Below, in pieces: positions 1 through 11,732 of a stretch of DNA of 26,741 nt (position 1 is its first letter; the number at the start of each line of letters is the position of its first letter). The stretch is from Octopus sinensis (taxonomy: Eukaryota), in NCBI RefSeq assembly GCF_006345805.1, contig NW_021834724.1, positions 1 through 26,741 of the forward strand. The letters are read 5' to 3'. The notes beneath the pieces are model-generated. The model did not search any database. It saw nothing but the letters and a program-made list of their open reading frames with translations, and was not told the DNA's origin. The translations under genes were made by a program, and so were the position numbers.

Positions 1-67
1 TCATGGGAGGGGGACATGTGGGGGGAGGGGCATGGAGGAAGGGGAGGAGGGGGAGGAGGAGGAGGAG
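1..67. repeat. G-rich low-complexity/(GGA)n tract
   Basis: Multiple G3-G6 runs and ggaggagga repeats. Confidence 0.8.
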
Positions 68-299
68 TCAGATTATCAAAGGAACAACAAATATAATATC
101 TTGTATAATACCTTAAATTATACTGAGATTAATTTTCTTCAGTATAAAAGGTTGAATTGTTAGCTATATCGGATAGAAGGGGTGAAAGTGCAGAACAACA
201 GATAGTTTAGAATTATGGGTGATTAATCAATTAATATCCAGTTTTAACTATTATTCAGTAATATTTTATGGGAAATATACATAGCAGCGTAATATATAA

Positions 300-645
300 T
301 TGTAAAGTATATTGAGCTTCTATAGAACGTGCAGCACATGTGGTTGTGGTAGAGTACAAAATGCAGTTGAGTATTATTGCTGAGTATGTAGAATAGAGTA
401 CTGTACAGTATGTCACATCATTGAGTATAGTAGAATATGTACTATAGTTGAGTATCTAAGACAGTTGAGTATTATTGTAGAGTATGCCACACAGTTGAGT
501 ATTGTAGAACATATAGAACAGTTGAGTATTGTAGAACATGTAGTTCAATTGAGCATTGTAGCAAACAGTTTAGTAAATGTAGAGTATGTAGTATATTTGA
601 GTATTATAGAGTGTGTAATACAGTTGAGTATTGTAGAGTGTATAC
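300..645. repeat. Degenerate ~27-bp minisatellite (consensus about cagttgagtattgtagagtatgtaNta)
   Basis: About 10 recurrences of (g/t)ttgagtatt(g/a)taga at 27-30 bp spacing; explains the QLSIVE repeats of ORF 465..719. Confidence 0.85.
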
Positions 646-899
646 TTATCCACTCAAACTCTAATACTTTTAAATTAGAAAGATTAGAGTTAAACACGTT
701 GCATCTGTATTATAGCTGAATCATTTGTGTAAAACAGTGGACAATGCTCACTTGAAAACATCTTCACCATATTCTTGAAGAAATTTAGATTTTTTTTTCT
801 AGGTACTGAAACTGCTATTAGGAAAATCTTCGAGAGAAATTTTCCAGCAAAGTCACAAATAACTACTAAGGCAGTCTTTAGCGATATTATTGATAACAC

Positions 900-1135
900 T
901 AATAATGGTGTCTAATTTAGGCATAAAGCTTACAATTTTTGAAGTGTTGGGTCTAGTTTTTAGAGTTGATACCATCAACTTCAATACTTGACCAACACAA
1001 AATTTTATTGACTCTGAAAGGATGAAAAGTAAACTTACTTGGAGTAACCTCAGAATGTAATAAGCCAGACAGAATAAACACTACAAAGCATTTCTGCCAA
1101 TGCTCTAACAATTTCACTAGCTTACTGCCGACACT
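900..1135 (-). mobile_element. tRNA-derived SINE, family B, decayed
   Basis: Similar to the 18643-18857 copy (ggcataaagc...gaaaggatgaaaagtaaa...ctcagaatgtaa...aagcatttc...aacaatttc). Confidence 0.7.
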
Positions 1136-1713
1136 TAAATACTTTTCACTGTTAACTTTTCACCAAGCAATTTTATTTGAGGATATAAAATAAATTATAA
1201 TAAGTAAGTTTGATATTGCTAGTATTTATTTTACATTCAGATGTTTTCGAATAGTTTATGTATCTTTTCAACTGGATTTGAAACTTATCTTGATAACTTG
1301 GTCAAATGTGGATCTTGCACAAGAAATTAACACAAATACAAATAAAAATGTTTGCAAAACAACTTTTGCCTAAGTAGTCAAACTGGTCGGAAATGTAGAA
1401 GTAGACCAAGAATGAGATGGTTATTACAATATTCACAGTTTTAGTTGTCATGCTTGGGAATCCAAAAGGAAAGTGTAATGATGGTTGCTCCTGATAGGAC
1501 CCTATGGAGAAAGTACTTGAGGATCCTCATGACCATCCCAATAGTAAGCAGAGAAAATGGATGAAAGGATGATATCTCAGAAAGAAGTACGTATACTGTC
1601 CAATACTCTTAAAGAACTTCTCAGATAAAAAAAAAATGGAAGATATGGAGAATGCTACAGTATAATAAATCAATTTACTAAAAAGAACGATAAAATAAAA
1701 TATCATTTCATAC

Positions 1714-1938
1714 CCTTTCATGACAGCACTAGCATTTGACCAACAACTGAGTGCAGCTTTGTATTGGCCATTTCTGAAGAGAAATGCTCCCATGTAGGTG
1801 TAAGGATAAACATGTTGATTATCATAATATCTCTTATCTGCATCAATGCTTTCTTGAAATAATGTCAGTGGAGGTGGTCTACCAGGAGATTGGGAAATTT
1901 CTTCAAGGTCACCCAAATTTCCAAGAGCCATTGGATAT
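1714..1938 (-). CDS. MEN1: Menin internal coding exon, 225 nt: [74 protein letters not shown](G)
   Basis: Core of ORF 1527..2156; matches human [52 protein letters not shown]...W. Acceptor ttttaatcatttgcAG, donor GTatga. The next exon (YNY..EDEEIYKEF-like) was not found in 1-1713. Confidence 0.97.
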
Positions 1939-2619
1939 CTGCAAATGATTAAAATTTTACAAAAAATGTAAACAAAACGCTGGTACATATTTTCAGTACA
2001 TAATTTTTTTTTTATAATAATAAAAGCAGCAACAAAAAGCATGAAAATGATAAATGTTGACACAAAATTAATTTTAACACCAATGTTTCCGATCCTATGG
2101 TTCTGAACACAGCTCTGCTTGGTCTCAAGTCTCTTTATAATTTGATGCACAACCATTCTCAGCCAATTTAGCTACAACACAAATGGCACATTTTTGGCCA
2201 AGTTGGTTGCAGTAATATGAGCCATGCACTTTACTTAAAATATACAATGCACTCAATGACAGCAGATAAACCATTTCTCATTCTCAATACATCTACATCT
2301 GTGTTTTCAATACCAGACTCTTATCTTGTCACAAGTTTGCTTTAATATTGCTGTTAACTTGAGGTATCTGAGTGCTACAACTTATGACCTGACATGTTGA
2401 GTTCTTACTCAAAACATCTTGCACTATATGTGTGTAACAGATGAGAACAGGAAAGAAGAAACAGCAGACAGACCCTTACCATTATAAAATAACGGAACTA
2501 ATAATCATTTTGAATGTGGATAAACTGAGAGAGAAAACAAATTCTCCTAAATGCTCAGGTAATCAACAATTTCTTTTAAGTATTAAGTTCAATACATTTA
2601 TGAAAACAAATAATTATAT

Positions 2620-2760
2620 TAAATCATTGATTGATTAAAATTGATCCTAGAATTGCACTGGTACTTATTTTATCAACTCTGAACAAATGAAAAACCAAAG
2701 TCAATACTTAAGATTTGAACTCAGGACATAAAAGTTTGGAATGCATTTTTTGCTTTGTTA
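2620..2760 (-). mobile_element. SINE family B fragment
   Basis: actggtacttattttatcaac...atgaaaaaccaaagtcaa...atttgaactcag. Confidence 0.65.
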
Positions 2761-3065
2761 CTATTGCATTTCTTCACATTAAGAATAATGATGATGATGA
2801 TGATGATGAAGATGATAATGATGATAGCAATGATCAAGATACATGAATTTATTTGCCACCAGGAACAATTCACTAATACAATAAAACAAGTACAAAAGTA
2901 TTACAAATACATGTGGGAATAAACAGTCATATAAAAGCGAGGGGGAAAAGATTATTATACAATAATAGAGACATTATACAATATTTTAAGCCATGTTAAA
3001 ATTTATTTTCCTTTTCAAATTACACAAAATTAAATATATTTCAACACAAATGATTAAAAGATATT

Positions 3066-4640
3066 TTAAGGAAAATAAACAGCCTCATCCTGAGTCAGAC
3101 CAAGACTCATGAAAAATCTGATCATCATCTTCCCCTTGAGTAATATCCTGGTACTGTATACTGCTTTTCTCCAAAAGTACCAGTGAGCAATTCTGGCATC
3201 AAAACAAGCAATGAAAAAGGATCTTACATCTGTTATTATTAAAGTAAGGATTTCTACATAGACCCCCAAAAGTATCTTTTCATAAACCACCAATCTTCTC
3301 TATGCGCCATATAGTTGAAGACCAACCTACAAATCTGCACTTACTCTTTTTAGAAATGACTTTTTTGTAGGTTACTTAAATCATCCATAAGTTCTTCATT
3401 TGTTATACAAGGAACTGTGAAAATCATGGCAGTGGGGGTCAGACTCTGTTTTGGATCTGCTTTCCTTCCTCTTAAGCTTGTTTTTGTTTTTGGAGCTCCA
3501 GCAGTTCACCAATCCTGTTCATTGTTCATCATCTCTTTGCAACATTGCAGGATGATACTGATGGGAATGGGTTCCACAGCTTGTTGGTTGTTGGCTTCTG
3601 GTACTGTGGACAAGGCAATTTCTTCTGGCTTCCCTCAGAGCTATGATCAGTAGAGCATTGACAAAAAATGCTTCTGTTATTTCTCATCAATTGTCACTGA
3701 TTATGCTGTTGTCTCTCTCCTCTGCTTTTCCGGTATCATGGGAAGTCCTCAAATAGACCTTTTTGCCTTACATATACAGCTTGGCTTTCTGCTTTGCATC
3801 ACAAGTCTCATAATCTTTCCTTCCTCACCTTCAATAGGGCACAGCTCTGGTATAATTCTATGATTTGGAGTAGGAGTCATTAAGACATATATGTCTAATA
3901 AGAACCCAGCCAACCACACACACCCAGTTATCTCAGCACTCATCAACTACCCATCCTGCATTACCAAGAATAAGCTAAAAGTCAACATCATTAGTATTCA
4001 TCATAAATGTTCTTGTATAGCATCAAGCCATGTATTGCAACACCAGAGTAAGGGAAGATGTAAACACACCAACTCAGTTTGTATTGTTGCTCTCTTTTCT
4101 GGTTCCAAAGGCCTTCTCCTAAATTGATAGAGGAGATATTGCTCCACACATCTGCCAAGACACCTCTCATTGTTTCTTTGATGACAAGAAGAAAATAGCA
4201 CAGCTACTTCTCTTGCTTTTGGATAAAGTACTCTGGCAAAAATGCACTCTACTTGATTACAAAACTTTGCCATGTAGATTTCATCTCAGCAAGTCGATTC
4301 ATATTCAAAATCTGCTTTGTAGTGCTGGCAAATGATAAACCGTTTTTTATCATCCCCTCCCTCCAGTTTGTTAATTGGGTAAAGCATGTAGTTGTGTGTG
4401 CATTCTTGTTGTTTGCCTTATCATTGAGAATATTAATGTCAAGGGAACAGCTTTCTATTTGAAAAGTGATTTGGGGTGGGGGGGGGAGTCTTGGGAAATG
4501 TTTATGCATTGCTGTTTGGTTTAAATTTGTTTCTTTAGTTAAATTTCTTTCTGTGGAGTTGCATTAAATTGAATTCCTTGGTTGATATTATCTCTGGTTA
4601 GTAGCCATCTTAGGTTGAATGTAAACACAAAATTTTTTTT
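3066..4640 (-). mobile_element. Decayed non-LTR retrotransposon remnant, L1/Tx1-like ORF1 region
   Basis: Stop-riddled overlapping ORFs. MRLVMQSRKPSCICKAK resembles the run-in to an ORF1 CCHC zinc knuckle. Related sequence near 7300-7400 and 17050-17150. Boundaries approximate. Confidence 0.5.
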
Positions 4641-4840
4641 TAAAAAGTTTAAAATGTCTAAAATTGACAAACCTTGCTTCTTTCCCGGTATGGGAGAGAT
4701 ATCCAGAAACATTCCAAAGGGCCCCTGAAGAAAATATTTAAAATGAAATGTTTGTTTTCTTCTGTTATGTTTGTTAAAAAAAAAAACACACACTAAATTC
4801 TGTAGAGCGATACGTCGCACATCTATTTCAAAAACAAAGA

Positions 4841-5375
4841 ATAATAATGGTTTCGAATTTTGGCAAAATGCCAGCAGTTTTAATGGGAGGGGGTTTATTG
4901 ATTGAACTGACCCCAGTGCTCAACTAATACTTATTTTATCGACCTTGAAAGAACAACAGGCAAAGTTGACACCGATGGGTTTGAACTCTGAATGTGAAGA
5001 ATCAAAAGAAATGTTGCTAAGTATTTTTTCTGAGTCAATAACAATTCTGCAAGTCCCCCACCTTCACACATAAAAAAAAAAATAATAATAATAATCCTTT
5101 CTACTATAGGCACAAGGCCTGAAAGTTTGGGGAACGGTGTTAGCTGAGATTACACTGACCCCAGTGCCTACTGGTACTTATTTCATTGACCCCAAAAGGA
5201 TGAAAAGCAAGTCAAACTCGGCAGAATTTGAACTCAGAATGTAAAGACAGACAAAATGCTACTAAACATTTTGTTTGAAGTGCTAATGATTTTGCCAGCT
5301 CACCACCTTCAGTCCCAGTACTTATTTTATGGACCTTAAAAGGCTGAAAAGCAAAGTCAGCCTCAGTGGGAAAGC
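4841..5375 (-). mobile_element. Tandem cluster of SINE family B copies (4841-5064, 5095-5309, partial 5310-5375)
   Basis: Repeated gaccccagtg...ggtacttattt...gaaaggatgaaaagcaaagtc...tttgaactc (reverse B-box) with (AAT)n tails. Confidence 0.85.
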
Positions 5376-5406
5376 AAGGAATATCACATGGCATTTCTTC
5401 CAACAT

Positions 5407-5408
<2 letters not shown>

Positions 5409-5489
<81 letters not shown>
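5409..5489. repeat. (AAT)n microsatellite
   Basis: About 26 units; source of the poly-Ile and poly-Leu ORFs. Confidence 0.98.
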
Positions 5490-6671
5490 ACAGTTGTCTT
5501 TGCCAAAAGGGCCTGTACATTCAGGTTATGGAGAGAGGTCAGTGGACTAGAGCTGTATCTCATATAAGTGTATAAAAATAAGGGCAGGTAAACAATGTTA
5601 TATAACACTGTGTAACAAAATATTTACTTGATCCTAAGCAATAATTGCTACTCCTTATAGCAAATGCTTAAAATGCATAGGAAATGGCTATAATTCTCTT
5701 CAAACTTTGTTCTTATTATCTAAGTAATGATATTTTAAACTTAACCTATTTTCCAGAGCATTTCAGATAGATTCAGGGCTGAGCAAGAGATAGAGAAATT
5801 TCTTGAACTTTCAAGAATTATCAAGAACTTTCCAATAATATAAATAATAATACAAATATAGGGACCTTAAGCTCACTAGTTCTGATTAGTTATAACTATC
5901 TTAGTACATAGGCTAGGCTGCATTTTACAGGGATGATGTGAAGAAGCTGAAATCATGTAGCAGATGCATTTTGATGTCTGTGAGAGCACATGTCTATTAA
6001 AACATGTGAGGCCTACAAGAATTTAACAAAAATGTGAAAGGGAACTATATTTGTGGTCTGATACATGAAAGTGATTTACTTTACAATTTCAAGTTTTGAG
6101 AAATCACTTCTCACATTTGAATAGCCTAAATATATTAGAGTTATTTTCCTGACCTTATGTCAAAGAAAATTTGCATATTTGCTTCTTTTCCTGGAGGAAA
6201 TAAATAAATTTCAAAATAGGATAAACCATGTAGATCGCAAAAGTAATGTCCAAAGGAAATATTAGCCACTTTATATACTTTTCCGATATAAACAATTAGC
6301 AAATAGCACTTACTACTCAGGAACAAAGTGTGTCACATAGTAAATATATTAAAACATCGGAAATTTTGATAAAATATATAAATAAATAAATGAATATATA
6401 AATACAAATATAAATAAAATAAAAAATCAAACACAAATAAAAACAGATAAAGCAACCCTTCCCTACACAGGTGAGAATCTATGATCAAAGTTGTGTCACA
6501 ATATTCCAGAACTCTGCCCACAGTTAACTCCTGGTACTGGACTCTGTTACATCTAAAGTGCTTGTCGTCATCTATTGTGTTGGATGAAATAAGAACTATT
6601 GCAAATGATAGAATAATGGTTTCCCATTTTGGCATGAGGCCAGCAATTTCAGAAGAGCATAAGTCAATTAC

Positions 6672-6829
6672 ATCAGCCCCAATGCTCAAATGGTACTCAT
6701 TTTATCAACTACAAAATGATGACAAGCAAAGTCAACCTCAGCAACATTTAAACTCACAATGTAAGAACAGACAAAATGGCACAAAGTATTTTACCTGGCA
6801 CAGTAACTATTCTGCCAGTTTGCTGCCTT
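6672..6829 (-). mobile_element. SINE family B, partial
   Basis: tggtactcattttatcaac...gcaaagtcaacctcagcaacatttaaactc...tctgccagtttgctgcct. Confidence 0.75.
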
Positions 6830-6839
6830 TGTAGATGAT

Positions 6840-7700
6840 AGAATATTGCCAGTCAATCATTTCAATGTCTTTTGAATTCTAGTCCTATTTTTACCTCAAC
6901 CAACACAACCATTCCCGTCTTCCTTTAGGTTCATTACATCTGCTGCCAAGATCTACATATTTCACGTAACCATCGATCTCAAGGGGATCTCACATTGATC
7001 CCCTTGTAGGGTCATGCATTACATTTGGCTTCATTTCTTTTCTTTTGTGTCTTTTTCTGTTTTATTTTATCTTCCACAATAGATTGCCAGTGTTCTCAAA
7101 CTTTCATTTGCTTACAATTATCACAACACAACATAATGAGCTTCTCAGCTACTTAGTCATTGAGGTCAAGGCAATTTTATCACACTTTCCTCTGAGATAC
7201 AAACAGTGGTACCCTAGAATTTTTAGAACTTCTGGGGTTTTCAGATGTTTTTATTGCCTCTGTTGTTGTCCACATTTCCCTCTTCTCTTTTCATTTCCAC
7301 TTCCTCCAAGCATCTTCAAGTATCCTTTACTGCTATGCTGGGCCTTCTGCTCTATACACCAAGTCTAACTGCTCTTTCTGCTCCTGCAACAGCGAATAAC
7401 TTTGTGGTCTTCAGAGTTCATCAAAATGTGATTATCCACATAAAGTTACAAATCACCTCTGCACTCACCACCAGCCTGAACTGTGCCACAAAAGTAATAC
7501 TAAGCCTTGGCTCAATGTCTGTACAAATGTCCCTGGCAGTGATCCTTCTATTTCACCCACCTTCATATTGTGACACATGTTTACAGGCAAGTGTGGAATA
7601 TTAACTCCCCTGTTGCCTTATCTTCTCCTTGATCTTAAAACCTTGGCACAAACTTCCTACATCAGACTACAGACAATAGAACACATATCATGTCTGTGTT
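6840..7700 (-). mobile_element. Second decayed L1/Tx1-like remnant
   Basis: Reverse strand reads VRLGV*SRRPS..KGYLK, resembling the motif in 3749-3946. Boundaries approximate. Confidence 0.4.
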
Positions 7701-8419
7701 TTCCAATTGTTTATTTGTGGACACTTTGAGTGGGGTTTTTTAAAAAAATATTCTGAAAGTAAAGAGGTACTGTTCTTTGTAACGTGTCGCTCCTTATTTT
7801 CTTTTCCCGATGCCAACCTATACCAAACAATTCCCTCTTATAGAAATGTTAGCAAAACTGTTGCTATTGTTATAAATACTATTAGAAATATCACTTTTCT
7901 CCTCAACTTGTTAGATTGTAAATGTTTGTCGTAGCTGCTTTTTCAAATATATTCACTTCCCTTGTTTCTTTGGGTTTTTTTTCTCTTGCCAAAATCTGTA
8001 ATTATTTTCAAAATTTGATCAAAATTTTTGGTGCACATCAACTACCACCATACATGTGACTAACACCTCTTACTGCTATTACTGAAGAAGAGAGCAACTA
8101 GTAAATAGGATTTTTCTTTTTTTTTTAAGCAACATAAATACTTAAACAATAGAGTGCTTTCAACATCTACAACAGGTGATGGACATCCCAACATTTCCAA
8201 ACCCATTTGTTTTCATTTGCTTTACATCTGTTTTTCTATGCTTGCATGGGTTGAATATGTTTTGGTGTTACTTTACAGCTAGCTGCCCTTTATGACACCA
8301 ATCCTCCACTGTTTTACCAGCAGGGAACTTCCTATTCTCTGTGTTTCTGAAACTATAAAGTGGCCAGACAATTTGTTGATAGGATCATACAAATGATGGT
8401 AGATGTATTCACGCAAGCA

Positions 8420-8657
8420 CACGCACACACACACATACACACACACACACACACACACGTACACACAACAGACTTGTTTCAATTTCTATCTACCAAAGCC
8501 ACTCAAAGCTTTGGTCAGACTGAAACCATAGCAGAAGACACTTGCCCAACACACCACTGTGTAGAACCTTGGGCAAGTGTTTTATGCTATTGCCCAAAAC
8601 CACTTAACCCAGAACCTACAAGGTTGGGAAGCAAACTTTTAAAACCAAATAGCCATA
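8420..8657 (-). mobile_element. tRNA-derived SINE family A (Octopus OR-type), 5' half
   Basis: tctaccaaa...ctttggtc...atagcagaagacacttgcccaa...ggttgggaagcaaactt, preceded by (CA)n. Confidence 0.8.
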
Positions 8658-9004
8658 ACAGCAAACAAAGTTAAATGCCTATGTTGTTGGAATAGTGCCA
8701 TGTTAGTGATAAGATATGACAAACTATTAACCTGTTTTTCACTAGTAGACCATCTAATTTATTCAATTACAGCTTGCAGTCTTTTATTGTGATACTTAAC
8801 TCACAAACAATTATTTATGAAGTAGAAAACAGAAAACAAAATGCAATGCATTACATACATGTCTACACTACAGAAAATATGTAAGCTTAGAATAGAACTG
8901 CAAAAATTTAACAATATTAAGGTTAAAAAAGAATGTGATAATGGAGCAGAAATGAGCCAGTTCAGATTTTTGCTTTGTTACATAAAAAAAAAAAAAAAGG
9001 ATTT

Positions 9005-9309
9005 AGTTTGCAAGATTCTTTATATGAGTTTGTGTTTTGAAGCATATTCTGTTATGTCTGGGGAGAGTGATTTTCTTTTTGTGCCTTATAATGTAAAACA
9101 CTCACCGGTAAAATTTCCACTTATTTCTTATTTCTATTTTCCTAAAATTTTCGTTGCGTCTTGCAACCTTTTCAATAGTTTTGACTATTGAAAAAGTTGC
9201 AAGATGCAATGAAAATTTTAGGAAAATAAGAAATAAGTGGAAATTTTACTGGTGAGTGTGTTACATTATAAGGCACAAAAAGAAAATGACTCTCCCTAGA
9301 CACAACAGC
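9005..9309. mobile_element. Foldback non-autonomous insertion, Penelope-like, with ~130-bp inverted arms (9049-9179 / 9184-9308)
   Basis: Near-perfect palindrome with a 4-nt loop (tttg); flanked by the direct repeat A10GGATTT (about 8989-9004 and 9310-9325). Confidence 0.75.
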
Positions 9310-10311
9310 AAAAAAAAAAGGATTTTACATTAAATATTTCCAGCAGAATAAATGTAAAGTTTGGTAGTTGTTTATGATTGTAGTAATCAGTTTTATGGTC
9401 AGATATGGCATCACTTTACTTTTGAATGTTGTATTTTGCTGAAGTATAATATTAATTCTACAGAGAGTGATTAGCTTCCATGATCCAAAGTACTGACTAA
9501 ATTACATGTAGTACCTCTAACTTTTATACAATAATTGCTGCTTCATAGAGTACCTTTTTACCTTTAGGAATCTTGTCATTGTTCAGAGAAATTCAGTTCA
9601 TAGGATTAGATTTTCTAATAAGAAATCCTCCTGTTTTTTTTTTTTATTGAAAATCAATTAATCCTGCACTTTCACCCAGGTGACACATCAAGCTTGTCTT
9701 TTCCAACAAGAATCTACTAAGTGTTAAATCTTTTAGATTGCAACTTTTTAGTAAAAGGTTGAGAAAGCAAAACATTCTTATTGTTTCGCTTGTGCCTACA
9801 GGCTTTCAGTTACTGAAATATTTTCATTAATCAAGTCTTTGAGAAAAGTTTTTAGTTCAAGCAAATTCTTGCTCACCAAACAGAGGCTCCCCCAGTGTGT
9901 TGCTTGATCCAAAAATAACTCCTTTACCAGCATGTAAAGAGAATAGAATCTATTTTAGGACTACTTGCCTCCACTAGCCCATGTGAGTAGCTATGTGACA
10001 ATCTCTCAATCTTTCCCTTATTGCTAGTTACAATGTACACACAGCAAATGCAAAACTCGAATTAGGAATCTCTTTGATGTTTTCTCAACATTATCATCTA
10101 CAATTTCACTGCTCTCTCTCTCTCTCTTTCTTTCCTGTTTGGAGATCATTTGTAGGAATATCATGTTCACCTTCCAACATTTGTGCACTTTCTTTATTAA
10201 TTTTATTCACATCTCAATTGTGGTTAATGTGCTTAAAGCATTATCACTTACAAATCATACAACTTGCTCTTTTTTTTCATTTCAGAACCTTCCAAAACTT
10301 CTTCAACTTTA

Positions 10312-10563
10312 CTTCTATTGGTTTCTTTTGCTGAACCACTAAGTTACGGGGATGTAAACACACCAACACCAACACAAACACACACATACACAGATATATA
10401 TATGAGAGGTTTCTTTCAGTTTCTGTCTACCAAATCTACTCGCAAAGTTTTGGTTGGCCCAAGGCTATAGTAGAAGACACTTGCCCAAAGTGCCACACAG
10501 TGAGACTGAACTCAGAACTATGTGGTTAGAAAGCAAACTTCTTGCCACACAGCCACACCTGCC
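10312..10563 (-). mobile_element. SINE family A, 3'-truncated
   Basis: Collinear with the 14290-14689 copy. Confidence 0.9.
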
Positions 10564-10605
10564 AACATTTGTTAATGTGAATGTTAAGGTAATTGTAAAT
10601 TTGTA

Positions 10606-10826
10606 TACTCTTTACTCTCTCTTTTATTTGTTTCAGTCATGTGACTGTGGCCATGCTGGAGCACCGCCTATAGTCAGGCAAATCGACCCCCACGACTTAT
10701 TCTTTGTAAGCCTAGTACTTATTCTATCGGTCTCTTTTGCTGAACTGCTAAGTTATGGGGACGCAAACACACCAGCATCGATAGTCAAGCGATGTTGGAG
10801 GGACAAACATGGACACACAAACATAT

Positions 10827-10873
<47 letters not shown>

Positions 10874-11039
10874 TATACGATGGGCTTCTTTCAGTTTACG
10901 TCTACCAAATCCACTCACAAGGCTTTGGTCGACCCAAGGCTATAGTAGAAGACACTTGCCCAAGGTGCCATGCAGTGGGACTGAATCTGGAACCATGTGG
11001 TTGGTAAGTAAGCTATTTACAACACAGCTACTCCTGTCC
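10606..11039 (-). mobile_element. SINE family A, full length
   Basis: tRNA-like head, ccttgggcaagtgtctt core, internal (TA)/(CA) tract and tactcttt-repeat tail. Confidence 0.93.
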
Positions 11040-11436
11040 AGTGACTCGCCACTCAAGAAAGGGTAAAATTTTATTTTTGTGTGTGCATGCATGTGTGTGA
11101 TTTTACAAAGGGTAGAGTCAGTTTTCTTAGTCACACATGATATCATGTGCAGTAGCTGTTTTGACAGAGTGTCACAATTTCGGTTGCTATAGTAGCAGCA
11201 CTTGTAGCTGTTGCCATGATACTGTTGGCCATTGAGGAACCATTGTATTTCCTCTGCACTTTGAATCGCTTTCTTCCATCATGAATACTATGTTGTCATT
11301 ATTGAAATCATTGCTTTATTTTTTTTAAATCTAGATTTTTCACGAAAAATTTTTCAAAGAAGCTGTGGCTCTATAGGGTCAACGTAAAAAGAAAATAAAA
11401 CTATGCCCTTATATTACTGATCAGTTCTACAAAATA

Positions 11437-11645
11437 TCATCATCATCGTCGTCACTGAACATCCATTTTTCAATCTGGCATGGGTCAGATGGTTTGGCAA
11501 GATGCAGTAAGCCAAGTTTCAGTGTCAGCTTTAGCATGTTCTCTAAGGTTTGAAGCCTTTCCCAATGGCAACCACCTTACAGTGCATACTGCATACTTCT
11601 TACATACCACCAGCACTCTTGAAGTTGCCAAGTAAGTTGCAAGAC
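11437..11645 (-). mobile_element. Decayed RTE-type 3' end/SINE family C with (CAT)n tail
   Basis: Reverse-complement similarity to 18302-18486. Confidence 0.6.
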
Positions 11646-11732
11646 TGAAAAAAGCAGGACAAAATGACAAAAGATTGGTGGTACTCACAGGGACACAAAA
11701 ATTCAGTGGTAATCAGAGTGAATGCAATAATA

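Noticed and set aside
300-645. CRISPR-like repeat array
   Set aside because: Units are degenerate and contiguous with no unique spacers; eukaryotic intron, no cas genes.
690-899. Possible next menin exon (donor-like aaGTGAGC near 750)
   Set aside because: No frame resembles the expected YNY.REDEEIYKEF sequence.
1527-2156. 209-aa ORF as a complete gene
   Set aside because: Only 1714-1938 is menin-like and bounded by splice sites; the rest is intron read-through.
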